Shown here piece after piece: positions 39,655 to 50,508 of a stretch of 64,000 nucleotides of DNA. The stretch's first letter is position 1. Every line of letters starts with the position of its first letter. This DNA is from an uncultured delta proteobacterium (GTDB lineage: Bacteria; Myxococcota; B64-G9): positions 736,001 through 800,000 of the forward strand of contig CAVWHX010000004.1 of NCBI GenBank assembly GCA_963754925.1. The letters are read 5' to 3'. The notes under the pieces were generated by a model. It was not told the DNA's origin. It saw only the letters and a list, made by a program, of their open reading frames with translations, and did no database searches. Position numbers and translations under genes: made by a program.

Positions 39655-41130
39655 TCAGCGTTCAGGTCTCAGCAGCGGGAACAGAATGACATCCCGGATT
39701 GAAGGAACATCTGCGAGGACCATAACCAGCCGATCAATCCCGATACCCTCGCCGCCGGCCGGCGGCATCCCATACTCAAGCGCTCGGATGTAGTCCTCGT
39801 CGTAGGGCATGGCCTCCTCATCGCCGGAGGCCTTGGCGTTCATTTGCTGCGCGAAGCGCTCGCGCTGATCATCAGGATCATTGAGTTCAGAGAAGGCGTT
39901 GGCGATCTCCCGGCCGGCGATGTACAGCTCGAAGCGGTCAACCAATTCAGGCGACCCTTCCTTCTTGCGCGACAACGGCGAGACATCCAGCGGAAAGTCA
40001 CACACAAAGGTTGGCTGAACAAGCTGAGCTTCGACTTTCTCTTCAAAAAGCGCCATAAGCATTTTTCCGGAAGTCCAGTCAGGGGCATAGGCAACATTCA
40101 ATGTGTCGGCGAGCGTTCTCACGAAGTCCTGATCGGCGAGCTTTTCCTGCGATAGGTGGAGTTGCTCGGCAAGCGCCTCTCGCAGCGTAATGCGCCGGTA
40201 CGGCGGTTTAAGATTGATCTCCACCCCTTGGAACGGCACGGTGCTCGTACCCTTCAGTTCTTGCACCAAAGAAGCGAGAAGCTCCTCGGTCAACGTAATC
40301 AAATCTTGATAGGTGGCGTACGCCTGGTAGAACTCGAGCATGGTGAATTCAGGGTTGTGACGAGTGGAGACGCCTTCGTTGCGGAAGCTTCGATTCACTT
40401 CATACACGCGCTCGAGTCCCCCAACCAGCAATCTCTTGAGAAATAGCTCGGGCGCTACTCGCAGATACAAGTCCATGTCTAGGGCGTTATGGTGAGTTAT
40501 AAACGGCCGGGCAGTTGCGCCGCCCGCCAGGCTATGCATCATGGGGGTTTCAACTTCAAGAAAATCGCGATTATCGAAAAAGGCGCGGATCAGCCGAAGG
40601 GTATGGGCGCGCAGGCGAAAAATTTCGCGCACCTCTGGGTTAACCATGAGATCAACATATCGTTGCCGGTAGCGAATCTCCACATCGGTCAGACCATGCC
40701 ACTTCTCCGGCAAGGGCCGCACGCTCTTGGTAAGAATACGGAGCTGTTCGGCCTGGATGGAGAGCTCATTGGTGCGGGTGCGCACGGGCTTGCCCACAAT
40801 GCCAATCAGATCGCCTACCTCGATGCACTTTTTAAAAACCTCGAACGCCTCGTTGCCAAGAATATCCTCCTGTGCCATTACCTGGATGGTCCCGGAACGA
40901 TCGCTCAATTTCAGAAAGGCGGCCTTGCCAAACATACGCATTGCCATAACCCGGCCGGCCAAACGATAGGTGATATTGAGCTTGGAAAGCGCTTCGTTAT
41001 CCTGTTCAGCGTGGGCACGATGAACTTGAATCGTAACGTGGTCTGGTTTGAAATCATTGGGGTACGGATTGACGCCTCGTTCCCGGAGGGCCTCCAACTT
41101 GCGGCGGCGTTGCGCGTTCTGATCGTCCAT
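39655..41130 (-). CDS. lysS: Lysine--tRNA ligase (class II)
   Basis: PLPEKWHGL, RYRQRYVDL, GGATARPF, FRNEG..HNPEFTMLE, ELNDP, YGMPPAGGEGIGIDRL. Confidence 0.98.
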   Translation of the reverse strand: MDDQNAQRRRKLEALRERGVNPYPNDFKPDHVTIQVHRAHAEQDNEALSKLNITYRLAGRVMAMRMFGKAAFLKLSDRSGTIQVMAQEDILGNEAFEVFKKCIEVGDLIGIVGKPVRTRTNELSIQAEQLRILTKSVRPLPEKWHGLTDVEIRYRQRYVDLMVNPEVREIFRLRAHTLRLIRAFFDNRDFLEVETPMMHSLAGGATARPFITHHNALDMDLYLRVAPELFLKRLLVGGLERVYEVNRSFRNEGVSTRHNPEFTMLEFYQAYATYQDLITLTEELLASLVQELKGTSTVPFQGVEINLKPPYRRITLREALAEQLHLSQEKLADQDFVRTLADTLNVAYAPDWTSGKMLMALFEEKVEAQLVQPTFVCDFPLDVSPLSRKKEGSPELVDRFELYIAGREIANAFSELNDPDDQRERFAQQMNAKASGDEEAMPYDEDYIRALEYGMPPAGGEGIGIDRLVMVLADVPSIRDVILFPLLRPER

Positions 41131-41310
41131 CTAGCTTATGTAACCTCTCGATTAAAAAAGCATTTCCGTCTATTAAACCGCCGTACAATAGCCCATTTAC
41201 TCAAGGTGGTCAAGGAAAAACCTGTGCAATTACCGTTTCCCGGACCTCATTATTGGTTATAAAACAAGCAATAATATCGATACATTCCAGCGACTAGCGG
41301 ATCCCTTTGA

Positions 41311-42421
41311 CTAGGATACCTTCTCGGCCCCAGCCTGGATCAAGTACGCCTCGATAAAGTCGTCTAACGAGCCATCGAGGACCCGCTCAACGTTGCCAAC
41401 TTCATGACCGGTGCGGTGATCCTTGACCAACCGGTAGGGCTGCAACACATACGAGCGAATCTGTGACCCCCAGGCGATTTCCTTTTTTTGGGCATACTGT
41501 GCATCCTGTTCGGCGCGGCGCTTGTCCATTTCGATATCGTAGAGGCGCGATCTGAGCATTTTCATGGCTGTCGCTTTGTTGCGATGCTGGCTGCGTTCGT
41601 TCTGGCATTGAACGACCACCCCCGAGGGGTAGTGGGTGATGCGTACGGCCGAGTCGGTCTTATTGACATGTTGTCCGCCCTTGCCGCCGGCGCGGTACGT
41701 GTCGATACGCAGGTCTTCCTCACGGACCTCAATGTCAATCGAGTCCTCCACTTCCGGATACACAAAAACACTGGCGAACGACGTATGCCGACGCTTGTTC
41801 GCATCAAAGGGCGAAATGCGCACCAGGCGATGAATGCCGACTTCTGCCCGCAGGTAGCCGTACGCTGCCGGGCCTTCTACGGCGATAGTGCAGGAGCGCA
41901 CACCCGCCTCGTCGCCGGGCTGGTAGTCAACGATGCTTACGGCATACCCGTGCGACTCCCCGTAGCGTAGGTACATGCGCATGAGCATTTCCGCCCAATC
42001 ACAGGACTCCGTGCCGCCGGCACCGGCGTTGATATTGACAAACGCACTGGCTTGGTCGTTGGGGCCCGCAAGCATGCGGGTGAGCTCTAGGGTGCGGACG
42101 AGTTGGGCAAGCCCCTCTTCCTCCCTGACCAGCTCGGCCTCGACGCTTTCGTCTTGTTCGCCCACGGCCAGGTCTATCAGATCGAGAGCCTCCCGGATGC
42201 CTTTTTCCACCCGGCGAAACGCGCCGACCGCGTGTAGAAGTCCTGCGCGCTCTTTCTGAATCTGGGACGCACGCTTCTGGTTATCCCAAAAACCGGGTTT
42301 TTCAATTTCCGAATCGATTGACGCTAAGCGCTGCTCCTTGGCCGAGATGTCAAAGAGGCCCCCTGAGCGTCTCAAGCCTGCGGGCCAAACCCTCTATGCG
42401 CTCTCTCAATTCTTTGAACAT
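41311..42421 (-). CDS. prfB: Peptide chain release factor 2, programmed +1 frameshift
   Basis: ATG 42421 MFKELRERIEGLARRLETLRGPL then AGGGGG-CCT-CTT TGA C (42364-42349); SPF and GGQ motifs downstream. Confidence 0.97.
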
Positions 42422-42503
42422 CGATGCAATGTCTCCTTTTCGTGAGCTTTCATAAAACGGATTCTTGGTTATGATACTGCCATGGCATTCTTCACCCAAT
42501 GGT

Positions 42504-42974
42504 TCAACTGATTAAGCGAGCAACCAATTCACGTTGCTTCTTGCGCATGTGCGTAGCAGCGGCTCGACCTGCCCCCTCGTGATCGTAGCCAAGCAGATGC
42601 AATAGGCCGTGAACGAGCAACTCGGTTACCTCATCGAGCACGCTCGCGCGGCGTTGTTTAGCCTGGCGCTTGGCAGTCGTCACCGAAATGACGATATCGC
42701 CCAGAACCTGTGGATGCAAGCTCCCCCCTGGGCCTTCCAACTGCGAGAAGGCAAGCACGTCGGTGGTCCGACGTCGGCCACGATAGGTGGTGTTGAGACT
42801 CGTCATCTCCCGGTCATCGGTCAACAACACTACCACTTCGGCCTGGGGAAAAATACCGAGCATGGTGCCAAGCCGTTCCCCGCGTAACGCGAGTGTGCGC
42901 CGTTGTTGAAATGTTACCCCACGACGTTTTAATATAGTCAGTCCCATCATGCCGCCTACGGTCTCACCGTGCAC
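42504..42974 (-). CDS. ybeY: rRNA maturation RNase YbeY (probable start ~42950)
   Basis: LN..YR....TDVLAF, LGDIVIS, HGLLHLLGYDH. Confidence 0.95.
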   Translation of the reverse strand: MHGETVGGMMGLTILKRRGVTFQQRRTLALRGERLGTMLGIFPQAEVVVLLTDDREMTSLNTTYRGRRRTTDVLAFSQLEGPGGSLHPQVLGDIVISVTTAKRQAKQRRASVLDEVTELLVHGLLHLLGYDHEGAGRAAATHMRKKQRELVARLIS

Positions 42975-43012
42975 CTGAGAGAATTTCCTGGATCGGACGC
43001 GAGGTCAAGGAT

Positions 43013-45577
43013 TCACATGCCTAACCGTTTCAGATCCTCCGGCTCCTTATCCTTGTCATCGTCTCCTGGGGTCTCTTTACGCCGCTCACTCAGGTCTCGT
43101 TTTGGCGAGGTGGTCTTGCCGTCATTGAATTTGGCTTTGGCCGAATCGCGTTCCTTGGTAGCTGTCTCGGGGTAGTCCGGACGGTAATGGTAGATCCCGT
43201 TGAGGACCCGGTTGAAGGCCCGGGCGATCTCATGCAGATCCTTAAGAGTAAGATCGCACTCGTCAAGTTGGCCATCGACAAAGATGCGGTTGATTATGTT
43301 CTGCACCAGCCCCTGCAGGCGTGCCGGCGATGGATCGGTGATGCTTTTTGCCGCCGCCTCGACGCTGTCGGCGAGCATTACCACCGCCACCTCGCGCGTT
43401 TGCGGTTTTGGTCCCGGATACCGGAACTCTTCCTCGACCACCATGGCTTCTGGTTCTTCTTGATCCTTGGCCTTCTGATAGAAGTACTTGATCAACGAAG
43501 TGCCATGGTGCTGCAGAATGGCGTCTACAATCGGCTGGCCCAGCTTGGCGGCCCGACCCAACTCTGCACCGTCCTTGACGTGGCTCTTGATCACGGTCGC
43601 CGACAATGAGGGTTTGAGCTTGTCATGCCGGTTGCTGCCGTCGCGCTGGTTTTCCGAAAAATAGGCCGGATTCTTCACCTTGCCGATGTCGTGGTAGTAG
43701 GCCATCACCCGCGCCAACAGCGGATTGCAACGGATCGACTCCGCCGCCGCTTCCACCAACGACCCCACGATGATGCTATGGTGGTATGAACCGGGCGCCT
43801 GGACAATGAGGTCTTTGAGCAAGGGGTGGTTCAGGTTGGCGAGCTCCAACAGTTTTATATCGGTGGTGTAGCCGAACAGAACCTCAACCAATGGCGCTAC
43901 CCCCGTCACAACCATGGCCGCAAGGATCCCGCCTGAGAAGGCGAAAATTGCATTGAAGAGAGTATCAAACGAGAAGAATATTCGCCCAAAGAGCGACAAG
44001 CCAACGGCGAGCGCCATGTTCACGAGTCCCGTGAACAACCCGGCCTTGAGTAACGACGAGCGCACGTTAGCTTTGCCGACAGCACCGGCAGCCACCAACG
44101 AGCTGCCTAAACAATACACGGTAAAACCGATGCTGTTTTCCATCAGCAACCCAGACAGAACACTGGCTATGGCGGTGAAGGCCAGGGCCATTTCACTATT
44201 GAGCACAAAACGGATCAGCATCGCACTGGCCGCAAAGGGAATAGCGTAAAAGTAGGATTCTAGCGGAAAGACTTTAAACTGCTCCCACACGGCGCCGAAT
44301 ATCCAAAACCAGATCTTTACTGAAACCACAAACACAAACAACGTCAACATCACCAATACCAAATCCCGCGGCTGCGTGCGGAACTTGCGGATGTTCCTTG
44401 CCGAGAACACACCGATAACGATCAGGATCAACGCGACGAGAAGAACGGTTCCCAGCGCCCGCTCCAGCGAGTTGGAAACCTCGGAGAGCTTGGCCATTTG
44501 TTGAAACACGCGCACATGCCACGGCTCAATCCTATCTCCATCACGTATGATTTTGGTCCCCTTCTCTATCGGCGTCTCTAACGGGCGTATCGAGTTCCCC
44601 GCTTCCTTTTTTCTTCGTTCGATTTCAATCCAGTTGCAGGTTACGTTGGGAGTAATGAGGCTCTTGGCTACGTGGGTCAACGCCATCTTCAGCGCTGGTG
44701 ATATGTTACCAAGTTCCCGAGTCGCTATTTGTTCTACCTGCCATCGGGATTGATCGAGGTCCATGATATGGGCTGAACTGCTGAGCTGTTGTTCGCTCTC
44801 GACGACGCCACCACGCAGGTAGCGAACGCTGATGCCTTTGCTGAGATCGGCCCCGAGCTGCTCACGCCGTGAAACGATCATTCCGCGCATGCTTTGACTA
44901 ACCATGCTGACCACGGCATTGAGGCTTTCGATTGAGAAACGATCCTCACGCAGAAGGGCAAAATCTTCATCATTGACCGGCACCCGCAGGATGGTGAGGA
45001 ATCGATGCTTATGTTCGTCCAATTTGGCATCTAATAACCTTTGCTGTACATCCATGGTTTTTGAAGAGTCTTCGGTTTTGCCAGTTTTGTGCGACCCGGT
45101 TTCCTTATTCACGCTCGATTGCGGGTACTTGGATAAGCCGGGTGCGGCGATCGCGCCGCGCTTCTCGGGCTCGATTCCCTGAACCGTTTGTTCATGTGCT
45201 TCAAAGACTCCTCTCATTTCGGCAAACGCCTCTCTCAGGCGCTGCAATTGCCGGTCGCCGAGATCCATATCAACATCGTATACCGATTTTACTTTCTCCT
45301 CAGCCTCGCGACGTTTGCGCTCGATTTCTTCCACATCTGGCACGGTAAACCTAATTGGCGCACGTATATCGGTAGTCGCAAACTTGCCAATATCTTCCTC
45401 GCTCAGCGATATTGACGGGCTCGGGGACGGATTGATCAACACCGCCACCACTAACCCGAGACCTATCACCATAAGACCCAACAAGAGCGGATACCACAAG
45501 CGCCGCCAGTCTCGGATCGCGCCCGCGCTATCTTGGAAAAAACTTTCAAGATTGAAAAATGAACGTATCTTTTTCAA
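43013..45577 (-). CDS. 7TM-HD (PgpH-like, HDIG) membrane phosphohydrolase
   Basis: Extracytoplasmic domain, 7 TM, LLELANLNHPLL, APGSYHHS, YYHDIGK, HHGT, FRYPGPKP, MLADSVEAA; phoH-HD-ybeY synteny. Confidence 0.93.
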   Translation of the reverse strand: MKKIRSFFNLESFFQDSAGAIRDWRRLWYPLLLGLMVIGLGLVVAVLINPSPSPSISLSEEDIGKFATTDIRAPIRFTVPDVEEIERKRREAEEKVKSVYDVDMDLGDRQLQRLREAFAEMRGVFEAHEQTVQGIEPEKRGAIAAPGLSKYPQSSVNKETGSHKTGKTEDSSKTMDVQQRLLDAKLDEHKHRFLTILRVPVNDEDFALLREDRFSIESLNAVVSMVSQSMRGMIVSRREQLGADLSKGISVRYLRGGVVESEQQLSSSAHIMDLDQSRWQVEQIATRELGNISPALKMALTHVAKSLITPNVTCNWIEIERRKKEAGNSIRPLETPIEKGTKIIRDGDRIEPWHVRVFQQMAKLSEVSNSLERALGTVLLVALILIVIGVFSARNIRKFRTQPRDLVLVMLTLFVFVVSVKIWFWIFGAVWEQFKVFPLESYFYAIPFAASAMLIRFVLNSEMALAFTAIASVLSGLLMENSIGFTVYCLGSSLVAAGAVGKANVRSSLLKAGLFTGLVNMALAVGLSLFGRIFFSFDTLFNAIFAFSGGILAAMVVTGVAPLVEVLFGYTTDIKLLELANLNHPLLKDLIVQAPGSYHHSIIVGSLVEAAAESIRCNPLLARVMAYYHDIGKVKNPAYFSENQRDGSNRHDKLKPSLSATVIKSHVKDGAELGRAAKLGQPIVDAILQHHGTSLIKYFYQKAKDQEEPEAMVVEEEFRYPGPKPQTREVAVVMLADSVEAAAKSITDPSPARLQGLVQNIINRIFVDGQLDECDLTLKDLHEIARAFNRVLNGIYHYRPDYPETATKERDSAKAKFNDGKTTSPKRDLSERRKETPGDDDKDKEPEDLKRLGM

Positions 45578-45617
45578 AAAAATGCCTCTTTTTATGCCAT
45601 CGGCCCATCAATTGAAG

Positions 45618-46595
45618 TCATCTCTCATGACGCTCGTAGGCGCGGATCACCTCCTGAACCAAAGGATGCCGAACCACGTCCTGCTCAGTGAACATGCAAA
45701 AGGCAATGCCTGGTATATCAGCCAGGATCGTCCGCGCCTCGATAAGACCTGACGTCCGATCGGCCGGAAGGTCGATCTGGGTAATATCACCGGTGATGAC
45801 CGCTCGGGAATCGTAGCCTAAACGGGTCAGAAACATCTTCATTTGTTCCGAGGTCGTGTTTTGAGCCTCATCCAGAATAATAAAACTATCGTTCAACGTC
45901 CGGCCGCGCATGAACGCCAAGGGCGCAACCTCGAGGGTGCCCCGTTCGAGAAAACGCTCAACCTGCTCAAGCTCCATCATGTCGTGCAAGGCATCGTAGA
46001 GCGGCCGGAGGTAGGGGTTGACCTTTTCGGCGAGATCGCCCGGTAAGAACCCTAACCGCTCGCCCGCCTCGACCGCCGGCCGGGTGATGACAATGCGTTG
46101 TACCTCCTGGCGTTTGAGCGTCGCCACGGCCATCGCCATGGCGAGATAGGTTTTTCCGGTGCCGGCCGGTCCTATCCCAAACACCACATCATGATGGCGG
46201 ATGGCCTCAACATAGGCCTTTTGACCAATACCCTGCGGGGTAATGTGGCGCTTGCGGTTGGATACCCAAATCGTATCCATAAAGATATCCTTGAGCAACA
46301 CGGTGCGGTCGCGCATCTTAACTCGGAGGGCGTGTTCAACGTCCGACGTGTAGATTGTGCGACCCTCCCGGACCAGGGCATACAGCTCATCGAGCAGGTC
46401 ATTGACCAATTCGACTTGATGCGGATCGCCGTCAATCGTCAGTTCTGTGCCACGGGACGAGATAGCGACGCCGGTTGATGCCTCGATCAGGCGCACATGG
46501 GCGTTGCCGGGACCGAAGAGAAGCCGCGCAGAAGCTCCGTCATCGAACCGGATATGAGCTTGGGACCGAGCTGAGGAACGTAGTGGGGAATCCAT
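45618..46595 (-). CDS. phoH: PhoH family ATPase
   Basis: [59 protein letters not shown] before ATG 46595. Confidence 0.96.
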   Translation of the reverse strand: MDSPLRSSARSQAHIRFDDGASARLLFGPGNAHVRLIEASTGVAISSRGTELTIDGDPHQVELVNDLLDELYALVREGRTIYTSDVEHALRVKMRDRTVLLKDIFMDTIWVSNRKRHITPQGIGQKAYVEAIRHHDVVFGIGPAGTGKTYLAMAMAVATLKRQEVQRIVITRPAVEAGERLGFLPGDLAEKVNPYLRPLYDALHDMMELEQVERFLERGTLEVAPLAFMRGRTLNDSFIILDEAQNTTSEQMKMFLTRLGYDSRAVITGDITQIDLPADRTSGLIEARTILADIPGIAFCMFTEQDVVRHPLVQEVIRAYERHER

Positions 46596-46617
46596 CGTAC
46601 TCCTTTGACAACGATAT

Positions 46618-47808
46618 TCACTCAAATGGCCTCAGCAACAGGTAGCGGTCGTCCCGACGCTCGTAGAAGTGGTAATTTTGCCAAGGAAATTGCAGATCTT
46701 TCTTCCGGAGCAGGTTTCCGGAAATGAGTTCATCAAGGGTGTCGGGGTAGCGACCGACTTCCAACCGATAGACCTCGAGGCCTGTTTGAATGCGCTGTAA
46801 CTGAATTTGATCCAACAACTCTTTGGCTATCGGATCCCGCACCACCGATGCACCGGTATCAAAGAACAGCGACGACCTATTAATATCGCTAAGCCGCACG
46901 ATAATCAATAGCATGCCCCCGATAACGAGGTATATCCCAAGCTGTACGACGAGGCGTCTCAATGAGAAGCCCCGCGCCCAACCGCCTGGTTGCTCATCGA
47001 CGAGTCGACCGGCCTCCCGCTTGATCGGGGCAACCTTGATATATCCTTCGTTGAGGAGGTTGAGCAAGGCCTTGCACGTTTCAAATTCTCCCAGACGCGA
47101 GAGATCGATTAACTTTTGAACGTTATGCCCATATTGGGCCAACCCAAAAACGAGCACTTCGTTTCGACCGATATTCTTTGCCGCCACAGCACTATCTTTT
47201 TCAACAACTTCTCCAAAGGCGTTGTCGATCTCATCGCCCTCTTTGGTGTGGGTGTCGGCAACGTGGGGTAGTTCTTTAACCCGTTTGAACGTCATTTCAT
47301 AGGAAGATATTTTCTTCCGGACCATGGGCCACTCATCAACCATCCGGAAGCCTTCCATCAAAAGGTTCTCGCTGCGGATCGCCTCGACCGAATCCTTGTC
47401 GTAGGTCACTTCCCCGCTCTCGAAGTTGTAGGTCCCCGTATCCCAATGAAACAACTTGTACATCGTCTCGGTGGTCTGCAAGCGGGTGAATTCTTTGAGA
47501 TCAGCCTTGCTCAGGTAGCTGCGCTCAACGAGAATATCGCCCAGGCGTCGCAACGTGCGCCGCTGGATTTCGAGGCCTTCTTCCAGTTGGGCTTCAGTAA
47601 TCACCTCTGCTCGCACCAACATCGAACCAAGGAGATCGCTTTTCTTACGGGTTGTTGATTCCGCCCGTACGACATTGCCGCTGGCGAAGAAAATATTTAC
47701 TTCTTGTTCCTTTGAATTGAGGTGCAACACACCGGTCTTTGACTGATGGCTGATGAGTTGAAATATATCGGCTATCCCGAAATCTTTGAGAGTTCCTTTA
47801 AGCGCCAT
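46618..47808 (-). CDS. DUF4388/MshEN-like domain membrane protein with pseudopilin-like C-terminus
   Basis: [19 protein letters not shown]...KTGVL; LLGSMLV..EVIT..QL...L..Q....RRLGDILV; one [20 protein letters not shown]. Confidence 0.8.
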   Translation of the reverse strand: MALKGTLKDFGIADIFQLISHQSKTGVLHLNSKEQEVNIFFASGNVVRAESTTRKKSDLLGSMLVRAEVITEAQLEEGLEIQRRTLRRLGDILVERSYLSKADLKEFTRLQTTETMYKLFHWDTGTYNFESGEVTYDKDSVEAIRSENLLMEGFRMVDEWPMVRKKISSYEMTFKRVKELPHVADTHTKEGDEIDNAFGEVVEKDSAVAAKNIGRNEVLVFGLAQYGHNVQKLIDLSRLGEFETCKALLNLLNEGYIKVAPIKREAGRLVDEQPGGWARGFSLRRLVVQLGIYLVIGGMLLIIVRLSDINRSSLFFDTGASVVRDPIAKELLDQIQLQRIQTGLEVYRLEVGRYPDTLDELISGNLLRKKDLQFPWQNYHFYERRDDRYLLLRPFE

Positions 47809-47860
47809 GCATACCCTCACAAAAGACCGTCAAGAACCCACCCTGTGCTTCTTGACCGCG

Positions 47861-50029
47861 TTAGCCGTCGCGCCTAAACGCATCGATCACCGCCCACAGG
47901 TAAAACGATATCAACACGATACCCAACGGCGCCACCATAAGCCAATCCACTCGGCCGCCAATACTTGCGGGATTACGTAGGAGGGCATCGCCGAGAAGCA
48001 GCTGCGCCAGTACTACAGATATTATCAGTAAAAACAAAATACCGCGCACCGTCCTGCCTTTCATAAGCTGCCCAACGCCCGGCAAAATAAAGTTGATCCC
48101 CCGGACAATGCTTTCTTGGCGCCGTAAGAAGTGGCGAATCTGCAGCTCCTTGGCTATCTTTGACTTGGAGTCGATCTGCTCTTTGCGAACAAACGCATGG
48201 AAGCATTGGCCACACACTGTGTTATCTTTGAGCTCAGTGTTGCAGCGTCGACAGGCCGGTCTCCCGCACCGCGCACATATTTTTGATACCTTAAGCCTCC
48301 GCCGGAATGTTGTCAGCACCATGAGAAGCCCGCCATATGCTGCGGCGACTAACGGGAATCGGTCTTTCGACCCAAATCCGCCCCCGGCATGCCAAAGGGT
48401 ATCAGTAGTTTTGTGCAAAACATCTTGGCTTACTGAGCTGCTGGCCAGCCATTCATCCGGTATAGGCATATCGACCACCACATAGTTGGCCAGCGAACGA
48501 ACCTTTTGCTCCCAGGTATGAACGCCGATTGCATCCAAACGCTGAGCCTGCGCATGTGCCTCGTTTCCCTTTTTGAGATCCAGCTGGTTGAAATACAACG
48601 TGCTGAGGTTGAAGTAGGGCACCGCCAGATCGGGGCGAATCTGGGTGGCCTGCTGATAGAGTGAAAATGCGGAGTCTATGTTTCCCTCAAGGTACAACAC
48701 GTTGCCCATATTGTTGAGAAGGACTTCAGAGTTTGGCTTGAGGCGCAATGCTCGATCATAGAGTTCATGCGCCCGCCCCAACTCAAAAACTCGTTTGTGA
48801 TAGTGCGCCATGGTTGCGAGCAACGCTACATCCTCCGGTTGTCTTTCAAGCTCCTTGCTTATTCGCTCAAGATTTTGGCGCGGTGCGGCGCCGTGCTCGA
48901 TGGCGATCAGATCCTCACTTCTCGATCCCAAAACTGCGAGTTGGTTCACTATCCAGTCGAGTGCTATCGGGGTGACGGCAAAAAAACCCACCATGACCAG
49001 CGAGATACTGCGGGTAGACCAACCCTGGTAAAGCCACACCGCCATCAACCACCACAGGAGCGTTATGAGCAATCCGGCCCCAAGAAGAATTGGCAGTAAC
49101 AATAAGAGCATTCCCACGATGAGGGTCTGAAAGCGTGCCACCTCATAGGGAAAAATATGGTGGAAGTCGTGAAACAGTAATCGACCATACCGCAGAAGCT
49201 GCACCACAATGAAGATTGTCGCTAACAGGCCAATCCCCAACAACAAGACCACGACCAGATTGACGAGCAACCGATTTTGATTCAGCGGATTGAGTAAGTA
49301 AACCTGAAAAGAAGTCAGCAGTTCAAAACCCCAGCGTTTGATGTTACCGGGATCTTCAGAAAAATATAACCCTCCGCGGGCGCGGTATACTGCCGAGAGA
49401 TCCGGTGCGACGCGAGCGGCGGCATCAAGCAATGAAACGGCATCTTCCCGATCACCCCGCTGCTTAGCCCGAGCAGCCTCACGGATGAGCACCTGCGCCT
49501 GCACTTCCAAATTACGCAGGTCCAATTCATCCTGTAAGCGAACTGCTTTTTCAAGATCGGTACGTGCAAGTTCGAAGTCGCGTTGCGTCACATGAATTCG
49601 TCGCTGATCCCAAATGGCGGATAAATCATCGATGGTACCTGATGGACGATGAATTGCCTCCTGTTCTCCTTTCAACCGTACGGGAAGGGTCGCAGCCGCC
49701 GGCTCGGCACCAACGTTACTGAGACCAGTATCTGGTGAAGAACCTTTGTTGGGAGTTGCTGGAGGAGGTGGGGGTGCGACCAGTGGTATTTTCGGCTGAA
49801 CCGCAGCCGCGCCATTCGGTTTTACTGGACTGGGTTTCCGGGGAGTTTTTTCACCAGCGGGTTGATCGTGTATCTCCTCATCACCCCAACGGTCACGTTC
49901 GACCTTAGCTCCCCAACCTCCACCGGATGAATCATCCGGAGCTTGCGCAACCTGAATCGGTTCCGAAACGACGCTCGTCCCTCCATGTGGCGCCCAGAGA
50001 AAAACCACGAGCGCAAATAGCGTAGTCAT
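47861..50029 (-). CDS. Membrane TPR protein with Cys-rich zinc-finger-like region
   Basis: TPRs (ALRLKPNSEVLLNNMGNV), several TMs, CARCGRPACRRC...CGQC, ILPGVGQL..GRT.RG. Confidence 0.8.
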   Translation of the reverse strand: MTTLFALVVFLWAPHGGTSVVSEPIQVAQAPDDSSGGGWGAKVERDRWGDEEIHDQPAGEKTPRKPSPVKPNGAAAVQPKIPLVAPPPPPATPNKGSSPDTGLSNVGAEPAAATLPVRLKGEQEAIHRPSGTIDDLSAIWDQRRIHVTQRDFELARTDLEKAVRLQDELDLRNLEVQAQVLIREAARAKQRGDREDAVSLLDAAARVAPDLSAVYRARGGLYFSEDPGNIKRWGFELLTSFQVYLLNPLNQNRLLVNLVVVLLLGIGLLATIFIVVQLLRYGRLLFHDFHHIFPYEVARFQTLIVGMLLLLLPILLGAGLLITLLWWLMAVWLYQGWSTRSISLVMVGFFAVTPIALDWIVNQLAVLGSRSEDLIAIEHGAAPRQNLERISKELERQPEDVALLATMAHYHKRVFELGRAHELYDRALRLKPNSEVLLNNMGNVLYLEGNIDSAFSLYQQATQIRPDLAVPYFNLSTLYFNQLDLKKGNEAHAQAQRLDAIGVHTWEQKVRSLANYVVVDMPIPDEWLASSSVSQDVLHKTTDTLWHAGGGFGSKDRFPLVAAAYGGLLMVLTTFRRRLKVSKICARCGRPACRRCNTELKDNTVCGQCFHAFVRKEQIDSKSKIAKELQIRHFLRRQESIVRGINFILPGVGQLMKGRTVRGILFLLIISVVLAQLLLGDALLRNPASIGGRVDWLMVAPLGIVLISFYLWAVIDAFRRDG

Positions 50030-50130
50030 AAATATAAAGATTATCTCAAGCCCGCTCAGAGCGCAAGTAAGTTGATATGTTTACAAAAAAAGCTCGTTCT
50101 CGTAGGACGAGAACGAGCTCAACAACACCA

Positions 50131-50211
50131 TGCCCAGGGCGGGACTCGAACCCGCAAGGCAAAGCCATACGCCCCTCAAACGTACGTGTATACCAGTTCC
50201 ACCACCTGGGC
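50131..50211 (-). tRNA. tRNA-Leu (GAG)
   Basis: GCCCAGG TGGTGGAACTGGTATACAC G TACGT TTGAGGG GCGTA variable arm GCGGG TTCGAGT CCCGC CCTGGGC A; CCA not encoded. Confidence 0.95.
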
Positions 50212-50415
50212 GCACCCAAACATCTACTTGTCATCGAACATTAGAACAACAGTGGTGGCTCATGTAGCACATCATCTCCATCAAGGCAATAAAAAACCTT
50301 TTAATTTCCCTTACAGAATTCAGTTTTGGCTTCTTTTACAGCTCAGTTTAGGGTAGAATTCATTCTGACTTGAGTAGGAGTAATATGTTGCCTCAAGCGT
50401 TAACCCTAAAGGACA

Positions 50416-50504
50416 AGAGATTGTGCAAAGCATACGAGCTTATAATCCTCACTTCGTTCGTCAACAATCTCTGATAAGCCTCGCTCCGCTCGGCAACAAT
50501 CTTT
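50416..50504. repeat. REP-like palindromic element, compound copy
   Basis: AGAGATTGT...ACAATCTCT (50416-50472) followed by TAAGCCTCGCTCCGCTCGGCAACAATCT, near-identical to the 31922-31949 core. Confidence 0.7.
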
Positions 50505-50508
50505 AGCA

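Noticed and set aside
40489..41262. 257-aa plus-strand ORF
   Set aside because: Antisense to lysS
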